From NCBI GenBank assembly GCA_964019335.1, contig OZ025661.1:186001-250000 (forward strand): DNA of 64,000 nt, given 5' to 3'. The translations under genes were made by a program, and so were the position numbers. The notes under the pieces are model-generated. The model had not been told where the DNA came from, did not search any database, and saw only the letters and a program-made list of their open reading frames with translations. The DNA comes from Diplonema japonicum (lineage: Eukaryota > Protista > Euglenozoa: Diplonemea). Shown in pieces: positions 35,534 to 47,858 of this stretch (position 1 is the first letter of the stretch; each line of letters begins with the position of its first letter).

Positions 35534-36250
35534 TCATACCGGTTTTAGCTGAGGACACGGATTGAAATTTACTTCTCCGCCAAAAATTTTCAAAAGGTTT
35601 GTTGGATCCACATGCTCTTTGAGCTCGGGAGGCTGCCGTCCTCCACTGAGAAGGGTCACTTTTTTCGCGGTCACGGGGTCCAGGAAGACCTTAATAATGG
35701 ACCAGATGCCCCGCGATAACATTCCTGTGGGGAAGACCCACACCTTATACATCCTCTCTGGGTAATTTTCACCGAATAACTTGGAGGCAGCTTGAACAAG
35801 GGTTTTGTCAGTCTCTGTTCCAGAGGGGAGGAAGAGAAGAACAGTAAATTTTTCAATCCCGGGGAGCATGTCTTTGATACCTTCTTCAAGAACATAGGTC
35901 ATCATGGCTGTCGTCTTCTCAATGCTGAAATTCTTCGAAACATGGTTAGGGCCGATGAAGTGCAACAAAGGGTGTCCTTCCCTGTCCACACCTTTTACGA
36001 AGAACATATTAGTGTCTAGTTGCTTTCTCACAGCAGTTTCGCTTATTGGAAGCGCCTTCTTTCTCCACGCCAAGTGCGTGTCCATCATCGCCTTCGCCTT
36101 CTTCACATCGCCCCCTCTGGCAGCGAGGAATCTTCTCGCAGCGCTCTCTTCAACCTCTGGGTACATTGCCCTAAACTCATTCAACACATCTTTATCGACA
36201 TTGACAATAGCTTCCTTGTAGATTTTTGGTTCCACAGGATCCCCAGACAT
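35534..36250 (-). CDS. CRAL-TRIO (Sec14-like) lipid-binding protein
   Basis: RRFLAARGGDVKKAKAM...WR, GVDREGHP, NYPERMYK, FLDPVTAKKV. Confidence 0.9.
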   Translation of the reverse strand: MSGDPVEPKIYKEAIVNVDKDVLNEFRAMYPEVEESAARRFLAARGGDVKKAKAMMDTHLAWRKKALPISETAVRKQLDTNMFFVKGVDREGHPLLHFIGPNHVSKNFSIEKTTAMMTYVLEEGIKDMLPGIEKFTVLLFLPSGTETDKTLVQAASKLFGENYPERMYKVWVFPTGMLSRGIWSIIKVFLDPVTAKKVTLLSGGRQPPELKEHVDPTNLLKIFGGEVNFNPCPQLKPV

Positions 36251-36654
36251 TTTTTTTCCTTTTTGCTCGCCCTTTTTCTTTGGTTCAACAAAAATGAACA
36301 AAAAAAAAAAAAACTAAAAAAAAAAAAAAAAAAAAAACCACACACTTCAAACATCAAGTTAAGGAGACATGGAGAAAGGGGAGGGTGTTGTGGATACAAA
36401 GTAAAGTGTGTATTTCTCGTTCTAAAAAAAAAAAAAAAGAAAATAAAAGAGCAAAAGGAGAACCAGGAAGGAAAGGGGGGGGGAGAGGCTGATCATTCTG
36501 CTTTTTTTTTCTCTCCCTCTTTTTTTTTTTTTTTTTTTTCCGAACCGAGAAACGGATCACACCTTCCCTTTCCTTATTGTTTATCTTGTCCGCCTCTATA
36601 ATTTTATATTTTTGTGTGGACACTCTTTTTTTCTTCTTCTTTCATTTCCCGTCT

Positions 36655-39010
36655 TCAGTTGTCATCGTCAAAGCTGACATTCTGCCCAAGGAGGACGAGG
36701 AGAGCCTCTTGCCCGCAGTCTGCAAAAGGGACAGGGATCTTCATCTCTGAGAGGACCTTCACAATGAATGTGACGAAAAGGAGCCCGTCCTTGCGAGCCA
36801 TGACCCTCCCTCCACGAGATTCCTCGATGGCCTCCATTGCAAGCTTCACCTGCGAGAAGTGTTGGTTCACATAACCCTCGTCTTCGTCATCGATTGAGTT
36901 CTTCAGTTCATTGAAGCGCCTCTCGCACTCCTCCTGGTGCTTTGGGTCCCCAGCAGACACCCTCTTCCCTTCCACGATCTCTTTGATCACATTGTCGCTC
37001 GGGATGAACTCAAGTGGTGCCACCTCACCTTCGATCCCGACAGTGAGCTTCGCGTACGGGCTGTTCACTGTAGCCCCCTTCAGCTTCCCAAGTGCTCCTT
37101 TCAGGTTCTGCAGCATCTCCCATCCGTTGATCTCCACCTCATCGTAGGGTGATTCCTTCATCGAACCTTGAACCTTCTTGCACAGCTTCACCAGGTAGTG
37201 CGAGGGCATCTCTGTCGAGAGGCGCGCCTTTTCTTGAATCGATCTCAGGAAGAAGTGACCCCACTGTCGGATCTCTTGCAGCTGCTCTTCGGCCTCCTTG
37301 TCCCAGTTGTAGCCCTCGCCTTCGTCATCCACACCAGCGTGTGCCACGAATGTGCACCTTGCGTCCGCCACCAGGTAGTCTACAATCTCCTCCATCTTTG
37401 CATAAGGATTCCTGACCTTCACACGGCTTGTGAACTTCTGGAACAGTGAGGCCATGAAACTGGGAAGCATGACATTCTCCTTCTGAACTGTGCTCAACAT
37501 TGCCTCCAAAATGGTTGGAACGTACGACGCCTTGAAGTCCAACAGGAACCCCCACCCGAGCATGTCCAGAAGCTTTGCATCCTTCTCCAGCACATTCCGC
37601 ACGTGGCCTGAGAAGTTCCCACCGAGACCCAGTGTCAAGGACAGCTCCCCAAGAGCCTTCTTCACGTACGCCTCGATGTCATTCCCCACCAGCGAAGCTA
37701 TGCACTGTGGGTTGTGGTTGGATGGCTGTGATTGTTCATGTGACACACCTCGACCCCTGTGTCGTAGAAGGACTTGCTGATGTACATAACAGTTGTCACC
37801 ACCACCTCGCTGTCAGTGATGTTGATGTTAATCGACGGGAAGAACTCATCCCCCTCGTCAGCTCTGTGTGTGAATAACATAATGAAGTGCCGCCATACTC
37901 CAGGAGTTCCACAAGGGCGGTGAGGAGCTTGCAGTCGTCAGATCCCTCCTCAAGTGTGGTGGGTTTGTCAGTCACCACCTCTTCGTTTTCATCTTCGTAG
38001 ACCACGTTAAGGTACTCACCCTGTTATGTGTATGTGATATCTTTTTTAGAACACACCAGCCTGTTGCACTGCTTCCACATCTCATCCAGCTGCACCTTGC
38101 CGTCCTTCAGCACCTTGTGCTTTGTTAAAGCTGCAATGGACACCTCTTCCATTCCCTCCAAGTTCTCGTCGGCACCAGCTTGACAGGGTTTGCTGTATTC
38201 CGCGATGGCTTTGTTGTAGACCTTTTCCACAGTGTCCTTCTTCCCGTCCAGCACTTCGTAGGAAACCTTCGCCACAGCAACGTATTCCCCCTTGCTGTGT
38301 TTGTAAGGCCGCCACAAGGCGTGAGACAACTTTGACGGGTTGCAGATCCACGAGCAGCCCTCTGTAGAGCACGCAGATCCTGCAGCACGGAACTCCTCCC
38401 CAGAACCCGGAACCACATCGAAACGGAGGAACGTCGCGTCCTTGGTGGAGTAGTCCCCCATCTCGACAGACGAGGCGACCTCAGCCTTCGCCACCTCCTT
38501 GGTCGGGTCGATCGAGAGGCGGAGCCCAGACAACCCGATCGACGAGTTCTCCTGTGCAGAGATCCGCCCTTTGAGCCTGGCCAGAGCCCCACCCTTGTAC
38601 CGCGACCGGTTGATGTCCGAAGACCACCACGTGAAGAACTCTTCCCAGTTCACTGTCCCGTTCTGGTCAGTGTCCAGCTCCACCAGAGCTGACTTGACCT
38701 CCTGCTCGTCCATGTTGCAGCCTAGTTCTTCCACCACCTTGGCCAGTTCGTCCAGTGTGAGGTCCCCGCTCTTGTCCGTGTCAATTCTATCGAACACTTC
38801 TTTCATCGCCTGCTTCTCCTTCGCAGTGAAGACTCGTGTCACAGTCCCCTTCTTGTCGGTTTTCACCCGTCCATGGCCGCTCTTTGCAGTGTGTCGTTCG
38901 TGTAGCGCGGACTTCAGTTCGCTGAGGCGCTCTTCCTCCTTCACAAGCAGCTCTCTTAACTGGTCCATGTCATACTCCCCCAGCTCCTTCCCGTACGTTA
39001 CAGTCGTCAT
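36655..39010 (-). CDS. EF-hand protein, family B copy 1; introns 38021-38056, 37864-37898, 37705-37748
   Basis: FDRIDTDKSGDLTLDEL, LDTDQNGTVNWEEF; three introns fuse four ORF fragments. Confidence 0.85.
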
Positions 39011-39631
39011 TTTATGTGTGGTACCTAAAGGGCTCTGCAGTTAGATCGTGTTGCAAATGAATATAAGTAATTTATTACATTCGGCACTACCCTTACATAA
39101 AAAAAGAAGAAGTGTGGATTCAAAAAAAAAAAAAAAAAAAGAAAGTGTCGGCCGTTCGTGCAGGAAGTAAAAGGGAAACCGTATGGAAAAAGAGAACAAA
39201 AAAAACCTAGGAAAAGGGAATAAAAAAGGAAGTTCGTCATGTGAGTAGCCGCCCCCCCCAGACCTATTGCTCCCATTTTTAAAAAACAAAGAAGAAAACG
39301 TATGGGGAATGAGGAAAAAAAAAACCCCCACCAATATAGGAAAAAAAAAACCTCCCCCGCCAGTCCCCATATAGGGAAAGTCAGGGTGAGACCATCTATA
39401 ATTTTGTCTTCAATTGTTTTTTTTTTTCCCCTTTTTTTCCTTTTTGTATTGTACTTTTCTCTCTTCTTTTTCTTTTCTGAAGTGGAGCGAACTGGAGAAC
39501 GAAAGGGGGGGGGGGGGGGGGGGGGCGAAAGACACACTTTTTTATCCTTCTTTTCTTTTTCTCTTCCTTTTTCCTTTTTTTATACTCTTGCTGCCCCCTT
39601 CTTACCCCCTTTCAGAATAGGAAAAAAAAAA

Positions 39632-39671
39632 GGCGATGTTTAAGGGCAAATCCCACTCGAGGACCACCCTG
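39632..39671 (-). mobile_element. 40-bp hairpin-only member of the (T)n-flanked family
   Basis: 16-nt identity (aatcccactcgaggac) with 59144-59159; tttaaggg end like 6098; A-runs on both sides. Confidence 0.55.
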
Positions 39672-39704
39672 AAAAAAAGAAAAGAAAAACTAAAAACAGG
39701 TTTC

Positions 39705-42700
39705 TCAGCCAGGAGTGGGAATGCAGAGCTCCTCATCTTCAAGGTCGGCAATGGCCTCGATGACACTCCGCAGCCCGTCTGTGAGAATGTTGTCCTCTGT
39801 GAGTCCATCTAGAATGCCGAGAAGACCAGGGAATTTCATGACTTGGACTGTGGAGTAGTTTGCGGTGAAGCCTCTGGAGACGCGGCGTTCTGTGAGGTAG
39901 CGTTCCACCTCCTCGTCCGAGCGGGGCAGCGCAGAGAAGAGGGCGAGCCCTTGTGCGTCGATCTCGACCTTCTGGTACTTTGTCCAAGCTGTTATGCTCT
40001 TCACCTCCTTGACGTATTGCGCAAAATAGAACAAGACTTCAACGGGGGTCATCATCGCCCCATGTTTGCCCGTGCCTTCGTCCCAGTCCACCGCCTCTCG
40101 TAACATCTCCACTGCGTTCATGAGTGGTGTGTTCGACAGGGTCAGTCTCTTCTCGATCACAACTGTCGAGATGAACATCAAGGCGCCCCGCAGCTTGACA
40201 AGTTCTTCTTGGATATTCTTCGCGCCTGTCCCGGGGAGCTGCTGCGACACCTTTGTGACGAATGAGCCGACTGCGTCCTCCAGGACCCTCGACGGGTTGC
40301 CCAGCGCAAGCTCCACGAACGTTCCGTTGCACGATGACACCACCAGCTCCATCACCTTCATTATGACCCGCTCCTTGCTGGACTGTTCTTCTCCCCCGAA
40401 CGACAGCAGCATCGAGATGACCGACGGTGCAAGACGCCCTTTCATCTTGAACTGAAGCCCTGCGTCTGCTATCGACACCAACGACGTCGCGTCCTCCAAC
40501 AAACGGCGCAGCCCAGTGTCCAGATCGGCACCCATGTTCACATCCATCTCAACTTGGTTCAAAAATTTCTCAAGATCGTCTTTGTCAGGGTGTGCTGTGC
40601 CCGTCAGCTGTTCCAACACTTGCTGGTCAAGACTCACGTGTGCGAGTGCCACCTGGATGGTGACGTTCGGTAAGTCGTTGTCCAAGACGTGTGCCCACAG
40701 CCAGCCGCCCTCCACAGCGCACTGCGACACGGCCACGTCAGTCAGGTGCTTCAAACACTGCACCATCTCCTTCTCTTTGTCGCACTTTCTCAGCTCCAGG
40801 GTGAGCTCCGCCAGCAAGATGGGCACAGCGTCGTCATCCTCGTCGCTGTCCACGATCATGCTGTCTGCTGGCTGAATAGGCTTCTCGGCATCCTTGAACT
40901 TCGTGTCGCTGATGGCCTTGAACTCGTCTTCAGTGTAGGTGCTGAGACTGACCTTCAGCTGTGTCCTGGGTGCGTCCATCTCACCCATCTTCACTGTTGC
41001 GTCTGTCTCGATGGGGAGACCGATACCTGCTTTGTACCGCGCGTTCTCAAGGTCCAACTGTGGTTGTATGAGAACGGGGAAAATGATGATTGTTACACAC
41101 CTTGTCCTTCAACTTGGACGAGGCTCCAAGGGCCCGGAGCTTCATTCTGGCCATGGCAAGGGCGATCCCTTTGTTCCCGCCTCTGCTGCTGTCACTGCCC
41201 CACCTGTGAGAGGATTCCCCCCCCCTCCCCTTTTTGTGTTTATCACACCATTTAAGGAAGTCCTCGAAGTTGACCTTCCCGTCGCTGGAGAGGGTCTCCA
41301 GGGCTCCCTCGATGTCCCTCTCGGGGACGTTCACACCGAGCCGCTCCACCATTGCCTGTGTGTGTGTGCGTGCGTGCGTGCGTGTGTGCGTGCGTGTGTG
41401 TGTGTTCCATGGCCCAGTGTGCATACCCTGAACTCGTCCCTGTCGATGTACCCCGACTTGTCGGTGTCGAACTTCTCGAAGATCTTCTTGATGGTCGCCT
41501 TCTCCTCTTTCGAGAACTGCTTCACCTGTTGTTTGGAGGGGTTGCTTCGCGTGAGGTTCGCATACCTCTGCTTCTTTTGCTTTCTTCTGGTTCTTCATGT
41601 TTTGTTTTTCTTTGATGGACTTGTGCAGCATGGCTATCCGTTCTTGTTGCTCGGTTCGGAGCTTCTCCAGCTTCTCCATCTGAACATCCAAGGCGTCCTG
41701 GTGTATGGTTTCTAGGACCGTGCTGACGGGCTCCTTCTCGGGTAACTTCACCTTCAGCACATTGACCTGTTGAATAGAGTAACAAAGGGAGTGGGGATAC
41801 CTTTCTAAGAGGTGAGGTTCGTTGCGGCCCCTCATTCGAGACTGCGCCCGATTGGGCCTTTTCTTCTCCCTTCGTGACTGGTTTTGGTTCTTCAGCGGAT
41901 TTCGGCTCAGCCGCTCGTTTTACTGTTTTTTTTTTTTTTTTTTTTAAACCCATAACACTCCAAGGCGCAAATATTTGTCGTTTTGAAAAATCGTTTTTTT
42001 CTCAAAGTACTTTTTCGTCCCCACGACCCCTGGATCTCCAAGAACGACTATAGTGAGGAGTTATTTTCAACTGCAATTCATGTTGCACTGCATCACTTTA
42101 CCTTGTTATCCACCCACCAAGTGGGTCCCAAATCCGAGTGGATAGGCGAAAAAACGCAAAATAACGGGTGTGCAGACTGTGTCCAAAAAACGCAAAGGTA
42201 AAGCCAAAACAGCTACGGACGAGGTCCAACCTTCATGGGTAAGGGAGTTGGTGCCCATAGAGACCATAAAATAGGCCGGTGGGGGAAAAAAAGCTGTCCC
42301 GTGGTACGCAGAAACCTGACGACGCAAAATGATTATTCCTTCGGTTTTTTGATAAGAAGTTCACAGACGTCATCCAAGAAGAGACAAACAAGCATAAGGA
42401 CGCTGAGATTGATAAGATTTCGACCCAGGACTCCACCGCTTTCTCGGATTGAGCATTATAATGGGTTTGCGGCGTGCCCAGAATTAGCAAACGTATTGGT
42501 CCACAGGACCCATGAAAATCCCCCTTTTCAGTAACACGATCGCTACTGGGAAATTAAAAGTAGCCTCCACTTCACTCACACAGAAGAGTCAAACGGTGAT
42601 GTGTTGTGGAAGACACGAGGGTTTCTGGGCAGAATTGGTAACAAGTGGGCAAAAACAGCAGTGCCAAAATATTTAAGCATTGACAAGACACTCGTACCGT

Positions 42701-44065
42701 CACGGGGCAATTGGGGGGGCTTGGGGTCTACTGTCCTCTCAAGCGTAAGAGATATGGCATAAAAATATACTGCCTAAACTGCGTGAGCACGGGTTATCTT
42801 TCGCGTTTTCACATCCACGCCACCAAAATCGAGGGGCACGCACTTGAAGATTTCAGTGTCGTGGAAAAGGTGGTGCTGGGGTTAACGGGGAATTTTGGGG
42901 AACGACAACACGGTAGTTTGCAATAACTACTTTTCGACTGTGGGTCTGGCCGAAGCCCTGTGAAAAAACTGTGAGGGGGCTTGCATTTCGTTGGAGTGTT
43001 GCGGACTCTTCTGGTGGGCCCTAGAAGTGACAATAGTTAACTGCCTTGCACTTTAAATAAAATATGGTCAGGGATGCCAAAGAGATACACAACCCTGGCT
43101 GCTTTTAAAGAGCGCTTTCGAGAGAGCCTAATTGATGGGTCCAGCGTTGCAAAAACACCACTCCCGGCACCCAACTAGTGGAGCACACACACCCGACACC
43201 CCAGATTACACCAAACGTGACCACCAACCGATATTCCACCCGCAAATAGGCACTTCTCTCGGTCTGAGACATCTGAGGGGTCCTGATGCTGCTTTTTTGT
43301 CCCAAGATGCTCAATTTACACCCCCCCGTGCACAACCCATTTGACATGGTCGTTTTTGAGCACCCTACGGCCATTCAACTCTTCATCCCCTTTGTATTTT
43401 TATTACGCTCCATATTCGCTAAGTGACCCGCCCTATGTCCCAAAGGGGTTATAGGGGGCTATGGGGGAAAAAATGCCAAAAATGCCCAAAGGTTCATTGA
43501 ATTTTTTTTTTCAAAAAATCCATATGTCGAACATGAAAGAACGGTGAGTTCCAAGGAAGTTCCAAAAAAGATTTTCCAAAAAAAAAATATTGGGGGCCAA
43601 CCAAAATGACCTTGGAAGTCGCCATTTTGGGTTTTGGCCATTTTTGCCAAACTTTTGCAACTGGGCACTTTTCCCTTTGAAAAACATGGTTAACAGGGTT
43701 CGATCCCAGAAGCCAGCATCTTCCTGACCAGTAGTTCGTAAAATTTTTGAGCTTTTTTTTAAATTTTCCTGGTCCAAAAAACCCGTTTTACCTGCAAACG
43801 GGGGTTAAATGCTGCCATTTTCCCCGTCAAATTATGAAAAGGAGCAAAAAGGGACCCCTATGTAGATAGGCCCGGAGTGTTATGGGTTAAATTCTTTTAA
43901 TTCTTATTGCTTTTTTCTCTTCTTTTTCCTACCTTCGGGCTCCTTGGGATTCGGGACTGACTTCGCCTCTACAGGTTTCGACCCTATTTTGTTGTTTGCT
44001 TTCTCGCCCCATTGCGACATACCTGCTGGCTTGGGGTCAGCTTCCTTGCTTCCACAACAACCCAT
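39705..44065 (-). CDS. EF-hand protein, family A copy 2, N-terminus MGCCGSK; introns 43984-44022, 41923-43932 (contains piggyBac), 41767-41800, 41526-41565, 41356-41426, 41204-41248, 41058-41100
   Basis: Exon 1 (43 nt) and exon 2 (51 nt) join in phase 1 to VKRAAEPKSAEE...; paralog of 18033-20178. Confidence 0.8.
41949..43886 (+). mobile_element. Decayed piggyBac-family DNA transposon inside an intron
   Basis: Perfect 13-bp TIRs CCCATAACACTCC (41949-41961) / GGAGTGTTATGGG (43874-43886); TTAA at the right end, TAAA at the left; transposase remnants inside. Confidence 0.88.
42535..43010 (+). pseudogene. piggyBac transposase fragment (frameshifts, stops)
   Basis: DRYWEIKSSLHF...DVLWKTR...LSIDKTLVPSRG / YCPLKRKRYGIKIYCLNCVSTGYLSRF / VVCNNYFSTVGLAEAL*...FVGVLR, matching the SIDE-VPF-G, KYGIK and DNYFTS motifs. 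Confidence 0.8.
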
Positions 44066-44599
44066 ATATACCCTTCCTACTGTGGTGTTGTGCGCCTTCA
44101 GTTGTGACTTAAAGGTTCAAAGAAAAAAAACTATAAAAAGGACTTTAAAAAAAGAGGGGGTAGATGGGGGGGATGGAAACAGGAGAGGTTGCACAGAGAA
44201 AGATAAAAAAATATTGTTTTTTTTTTCTTTTTTTTTTCCTCTCTTCTCTTCTCTTTCTTCTTTCCCTTTCACCTTTATCCACGTTCCTTACCCCCCCCCC
44301 CCCCCCCCCCTTCCCGCCACCCCTCGTTCTCCTCGTCACTGCAAGTGCCAAAAGCTCCTGCCAGAAAATAAATTACACCTCCTTTTTTTTCTTTTTTTCC
44401 CCCTTCATTGTGTATTGGGGGAGGGGAGGGGAGGGAGGGGGATAATAATTACGTTAGGGACGTGAAATAGAATTCACTAAGGGGGTGTTGGCCGATTCCA
44501 CCAAAAGAACGAAAAAAAAGGGGGGGGTGCTGAACATTAGGAGCGAACGAGTTCACACCAAAGTAAAGAAGACAAGGTGGGGGAATTTGAACGGACCAA

Positions 44600-47047
44600 T
44601 CAGCTGGAGGCAGATTCATAAGCTCTATCATCGTCTTCCTCTGAGTCATCCTCACTATCCAACGAAGAAATATACGAGTTGCTCCTCCTTGCTCTTGGAC
44701 GTTTGTCTACTACGTCAATCTTCTGCCCAAGGAGGACGAGGAGAGCCTCTTGCCCGCAGTCTGCAAAAGGGACAGGGATACGCATCTCTGAGAGGACCTT
44801 CACAATGAATGTGACGAAAAGGAGCCCGTCCTTGCGAGCCATGGCCCTCCCTCCACGAGATTCCTCGATGGCCTCCATTGCAAGCTTCACCTGCGAGAAG
44901 TGTTGGTTCACATAACCCTCGTCTTCGTCATCGATTGAGTTCTTCAGTTCATTGAAGCGCCTCTCGCACTCCTCCTGGTGCTTTGGGTCCCCAGCAGACA
45001 CCCTCTTCCCTTCCACGATCTCTTTGATCACATTGTCGCTCGGGATGAACTCAAGTGGTGCCACCTCACCTTCGATCCCGACAGTGAGCTTCGCGTACGG
45101 GCTGTTCACTGTAGCCCCCTTCAGCTTCCCAAGTGCTCCCTTCAGGTTCTGCAGCATCTCCCATCCGTTGATCTCCTCCTCATCAAGTGGTGATTCCTTC
45201 ATCGAACCTTGAACCTTCTTGCACAGCTTCACCAGGTAGTGCGAGAACACTTCAGTCGAGAGGCGCGCCTTTTCTTGAATCGATCTCAGGAAGAAGTGAC
45301 CCCACTGTCGGATCTCCTTCAGCTGCTCTTCGGCCTCCTTGTCCCAGTTGTAGCCCTCGCCTTCGTCATCCACACCAGCGTGTGCCACGAATGTGCACCT
45401 TGCGTCCGCCACCAGGTAGTCTACAATCTCCTCCATCTTTGCATAAGGATTCCTGACCTTCACACGGCTTGTGAACTTCTGGAACAGTGAGGCCATGAAA
45501 CTGGGAAGCAGGACCTCCCCCTTCTGAACTGTGCTCAGCAGTGACTCCAAAATGGTTGGAACGTACGACGCCTTGAAGTCCAACAGGAACCCCCACCCGA
45601 GCATGTCCAGAAGCTTTGCATCCTTCTCCAGCACATTCCGCACGTGGCCTGAGAAGTTCCCACCGAGACCCAGTGTCAAGGACAGCTCCCCAAGAGCCTT
45701 CTTCACGTACGCCTCGATGTCATTCCCCACCAGCGAAGTGATATACTGTGGGTTGATGGCTGTGATTGTTCATGTGACACACCTCGACCCCTGTGTCGTG
45801 GAGGGACTTGCTGATGTACATAACAGTTGTCACCACCACCTCGCTGTCAGTGATGTTGATGTTAATCGACGGGAAGAACTCGTCCCCCTCGTCAGCTCTG
45901 TGTGTGAATAACATAATGAAGTGCCGCCATACTCCAGGAGTTCCACAAGGGCGGTGAGGAGCTTGCAGTCGTCAGATCCCTCCTCAAGTGTGGTGGGTTT
46001 GTCAGTCACCACCTCTTCGTTTTCATCTTCGTGGACCACGTTAAGGTACTCACCCTGTTATGTGTTTGTTTCTTGATATTTCTTTTTGGAACACACCAGC
46101 CTGTTGCACTGCTTCCACATCTCATCCAGCTGCACCTTGCCGTCCTTCAGCACCTTGTGCTTTGTTAAAGCTGCAACGGACACCTCTTCCATTCCCTCCA
46201 AGTTCTCGTCGGCATTGTTCTGGCAGGCTTTGCTGTATTCCGCGATGGCTTTGTTGTAGACCTTTTCCACAGTGTCCTTCTTCCCGTCCAGCACTTCGTA
46301 GGAAACCTTCGCCACAGCAACGTATTCCCCCTTGCTGTGTTTGTAAGGCCGCCACAAGGCGTGAGACAACTTCGACGGGTTGCAGATCCACGAGCAGCCC
46401 TCTGTAGAGCACGCAGATCCTGCAGCACGGAACTCCTCCCCAGAACCCGGAACCACATCGAAACGGAGGAACGTCGCACCCTCGGTGGAGTAGTCCCCCA
46501 TCTCGACAGACGAGGCGACCTCAGCCTTCGCCACCTCCTTGGTCGGGTCGATCGAGAGGCGGAGCCCAGACAACCCGATCGACGAGTTCTCCTGTGCAGA
46601 GATCCGCCCTTTGAGCCTGGCCAGAGCCCCACCCTTGTACCGCGACCGGTTGATGTCCGAAGACCACCACGTGAAGAACTCTTCCCAGTTCACTGTCCCG
46701 TTCTGGTCAGTGTCCAGCTCCACCAGAGCTGACTTGACCTCTTCCTCGTCCATGTCGCAGTCTAATTCTTCCACCACCTTGGCCAGTTCGTCCAGTGTGA
46801 GGTCCCCGCTCTTGTCCGTGTCAATTCTATCGAACACTTCTTTCACTGCTTGCTTCTCCTTCGCAGTGAAGACTCGTGTCATGACCCCCTTCTTGTCGGT
46901 TTTCACCCGTCCATGGCCGCTCTTTGAAGAGTGGCGTTCGTGTAGCGCGGACTTCAGTTCGCGCAAGCGCTCTTCCTCCTTCACAAGAAGTTCTTTTAAC
47001 TCATCCATGTCATACTCCTTCAGCGCTCTGCCGTATGTCGCCGGCAT
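44600..47047 (-). CDS. EF-hand protein, family B copy 2; introns 46055-46096, 45898-45932, 45746-45782
   Basis: Near-identical to 36655-39010, with a different extreme C-terminus. Confidence 0.85.
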
Positions 47048-47313
47048 TGTTCACGTGTATCCTGAAAGACTCGGCTCAACACTGACAGAAAAAAATCAAA
47101 TCAAGAATTAAAGGTTATCTTTTTTTTTTCAATCGAAGAGAAAAAAAAAGTGGGGAAAAAATCAAAAGGGGGGAAGCGTGGAAATCAATTGGGGTGGGGG
47201 GGGCGCTCGTTGGTGGGGTGGGCGGGCGGGGACGTGAGGGGGGGGGGGGGGGGGGAATACACTTGTATGCAGTTCAATTTCTATTTAAAAAAAAGTTAAA
47301 TCTTTTTCCTCTC

Positions 47314-47748
47314 TTAGTAGTTGTAGTCATCTTCCTCGTCCTCGTCAGAGGGACCATCCATGTCGTCCATTTCTTTTTTCTTGTTCTCAAGTTCAGCCTT
47401 AACGTAGTCAGTCAGCTCAGGGTTGCCGGAGGCCATCTGTTCGGCAGTTCGGCCGTCGATGTCGGTCTCAGCGCGGTTGGCGCCATGGGAAATCAAGAGG
47501 TTGAAGACAGCAGTCTGTTGGTTCTCAATTGCCCACCACAGAGGGCCCCTCCCGTCACCAGACCTGGCGTGCACTACGTCAGGCTGATCTTCGATCAGCG
47601 CTTTCAGCTCATCTACGTTTCCTGATGAGCACATCCTCCACAGGCTAGTCGTCAATTCAGTATCTCTCCACATGTGCTGGCTCGAACCCTTTTTCTCCAA
47701 CGAGGCGACACCCACCACGCAGACCATCATCAGCAGCGCTTTCAACAT
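47314..47748 (-). CDS. Signal-peptide ankyrin-repeat small protein
   Basis: Hydrophobic N-terminus; DGRTAEQ and DGRGPLWWAIE...LLISHGAN ankyrin motifs. Confidence 0.8.
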   Translation of the reverse strand: MLKALLMMVCVVGVASLEKKGSSQHMWRDTELTTSLWRMCSSGNVDELKALIEDQPDVVHARSGDGRGPLWWAIENQQTAVFNLLISHGANRAETDIDGRTAEQMASGNPELTDYVKAELENKKKEMDDMDGPSDEDEEDDYNY

Positions 47749-47858
47749 TTTCTCTTGTTCTTTTTGTCGATTAGAAGGCCTTCTCGATTAAATACGGAGA
47801 ACGGGAGAGGGGGGGGGGGAGAAAAATAGAACAAATAATAAAATAGAAACCTTTTATC

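Noticed and set aside
38297-38332. Possible extra in-frame 36-nt intron in the family B genes
   Set aside because: Atypical donor (GTTGTC) and not needed to keep the frame; cannot be decided without RNA data.
41522-41953. MGLKKKKKK start of the EF-hand gene
   Set aside because: The ATG lies in the piggyBac TIR and the poly-K is intron sequence; upstream exons give a better start.
15703-46096. Apparent frameshifts in the kinesin, EF-hand and ceramidase genes as programmed frameshifting or editing
   Set aside because: Each is resolved exactly by a short canonical GT-AG intron.
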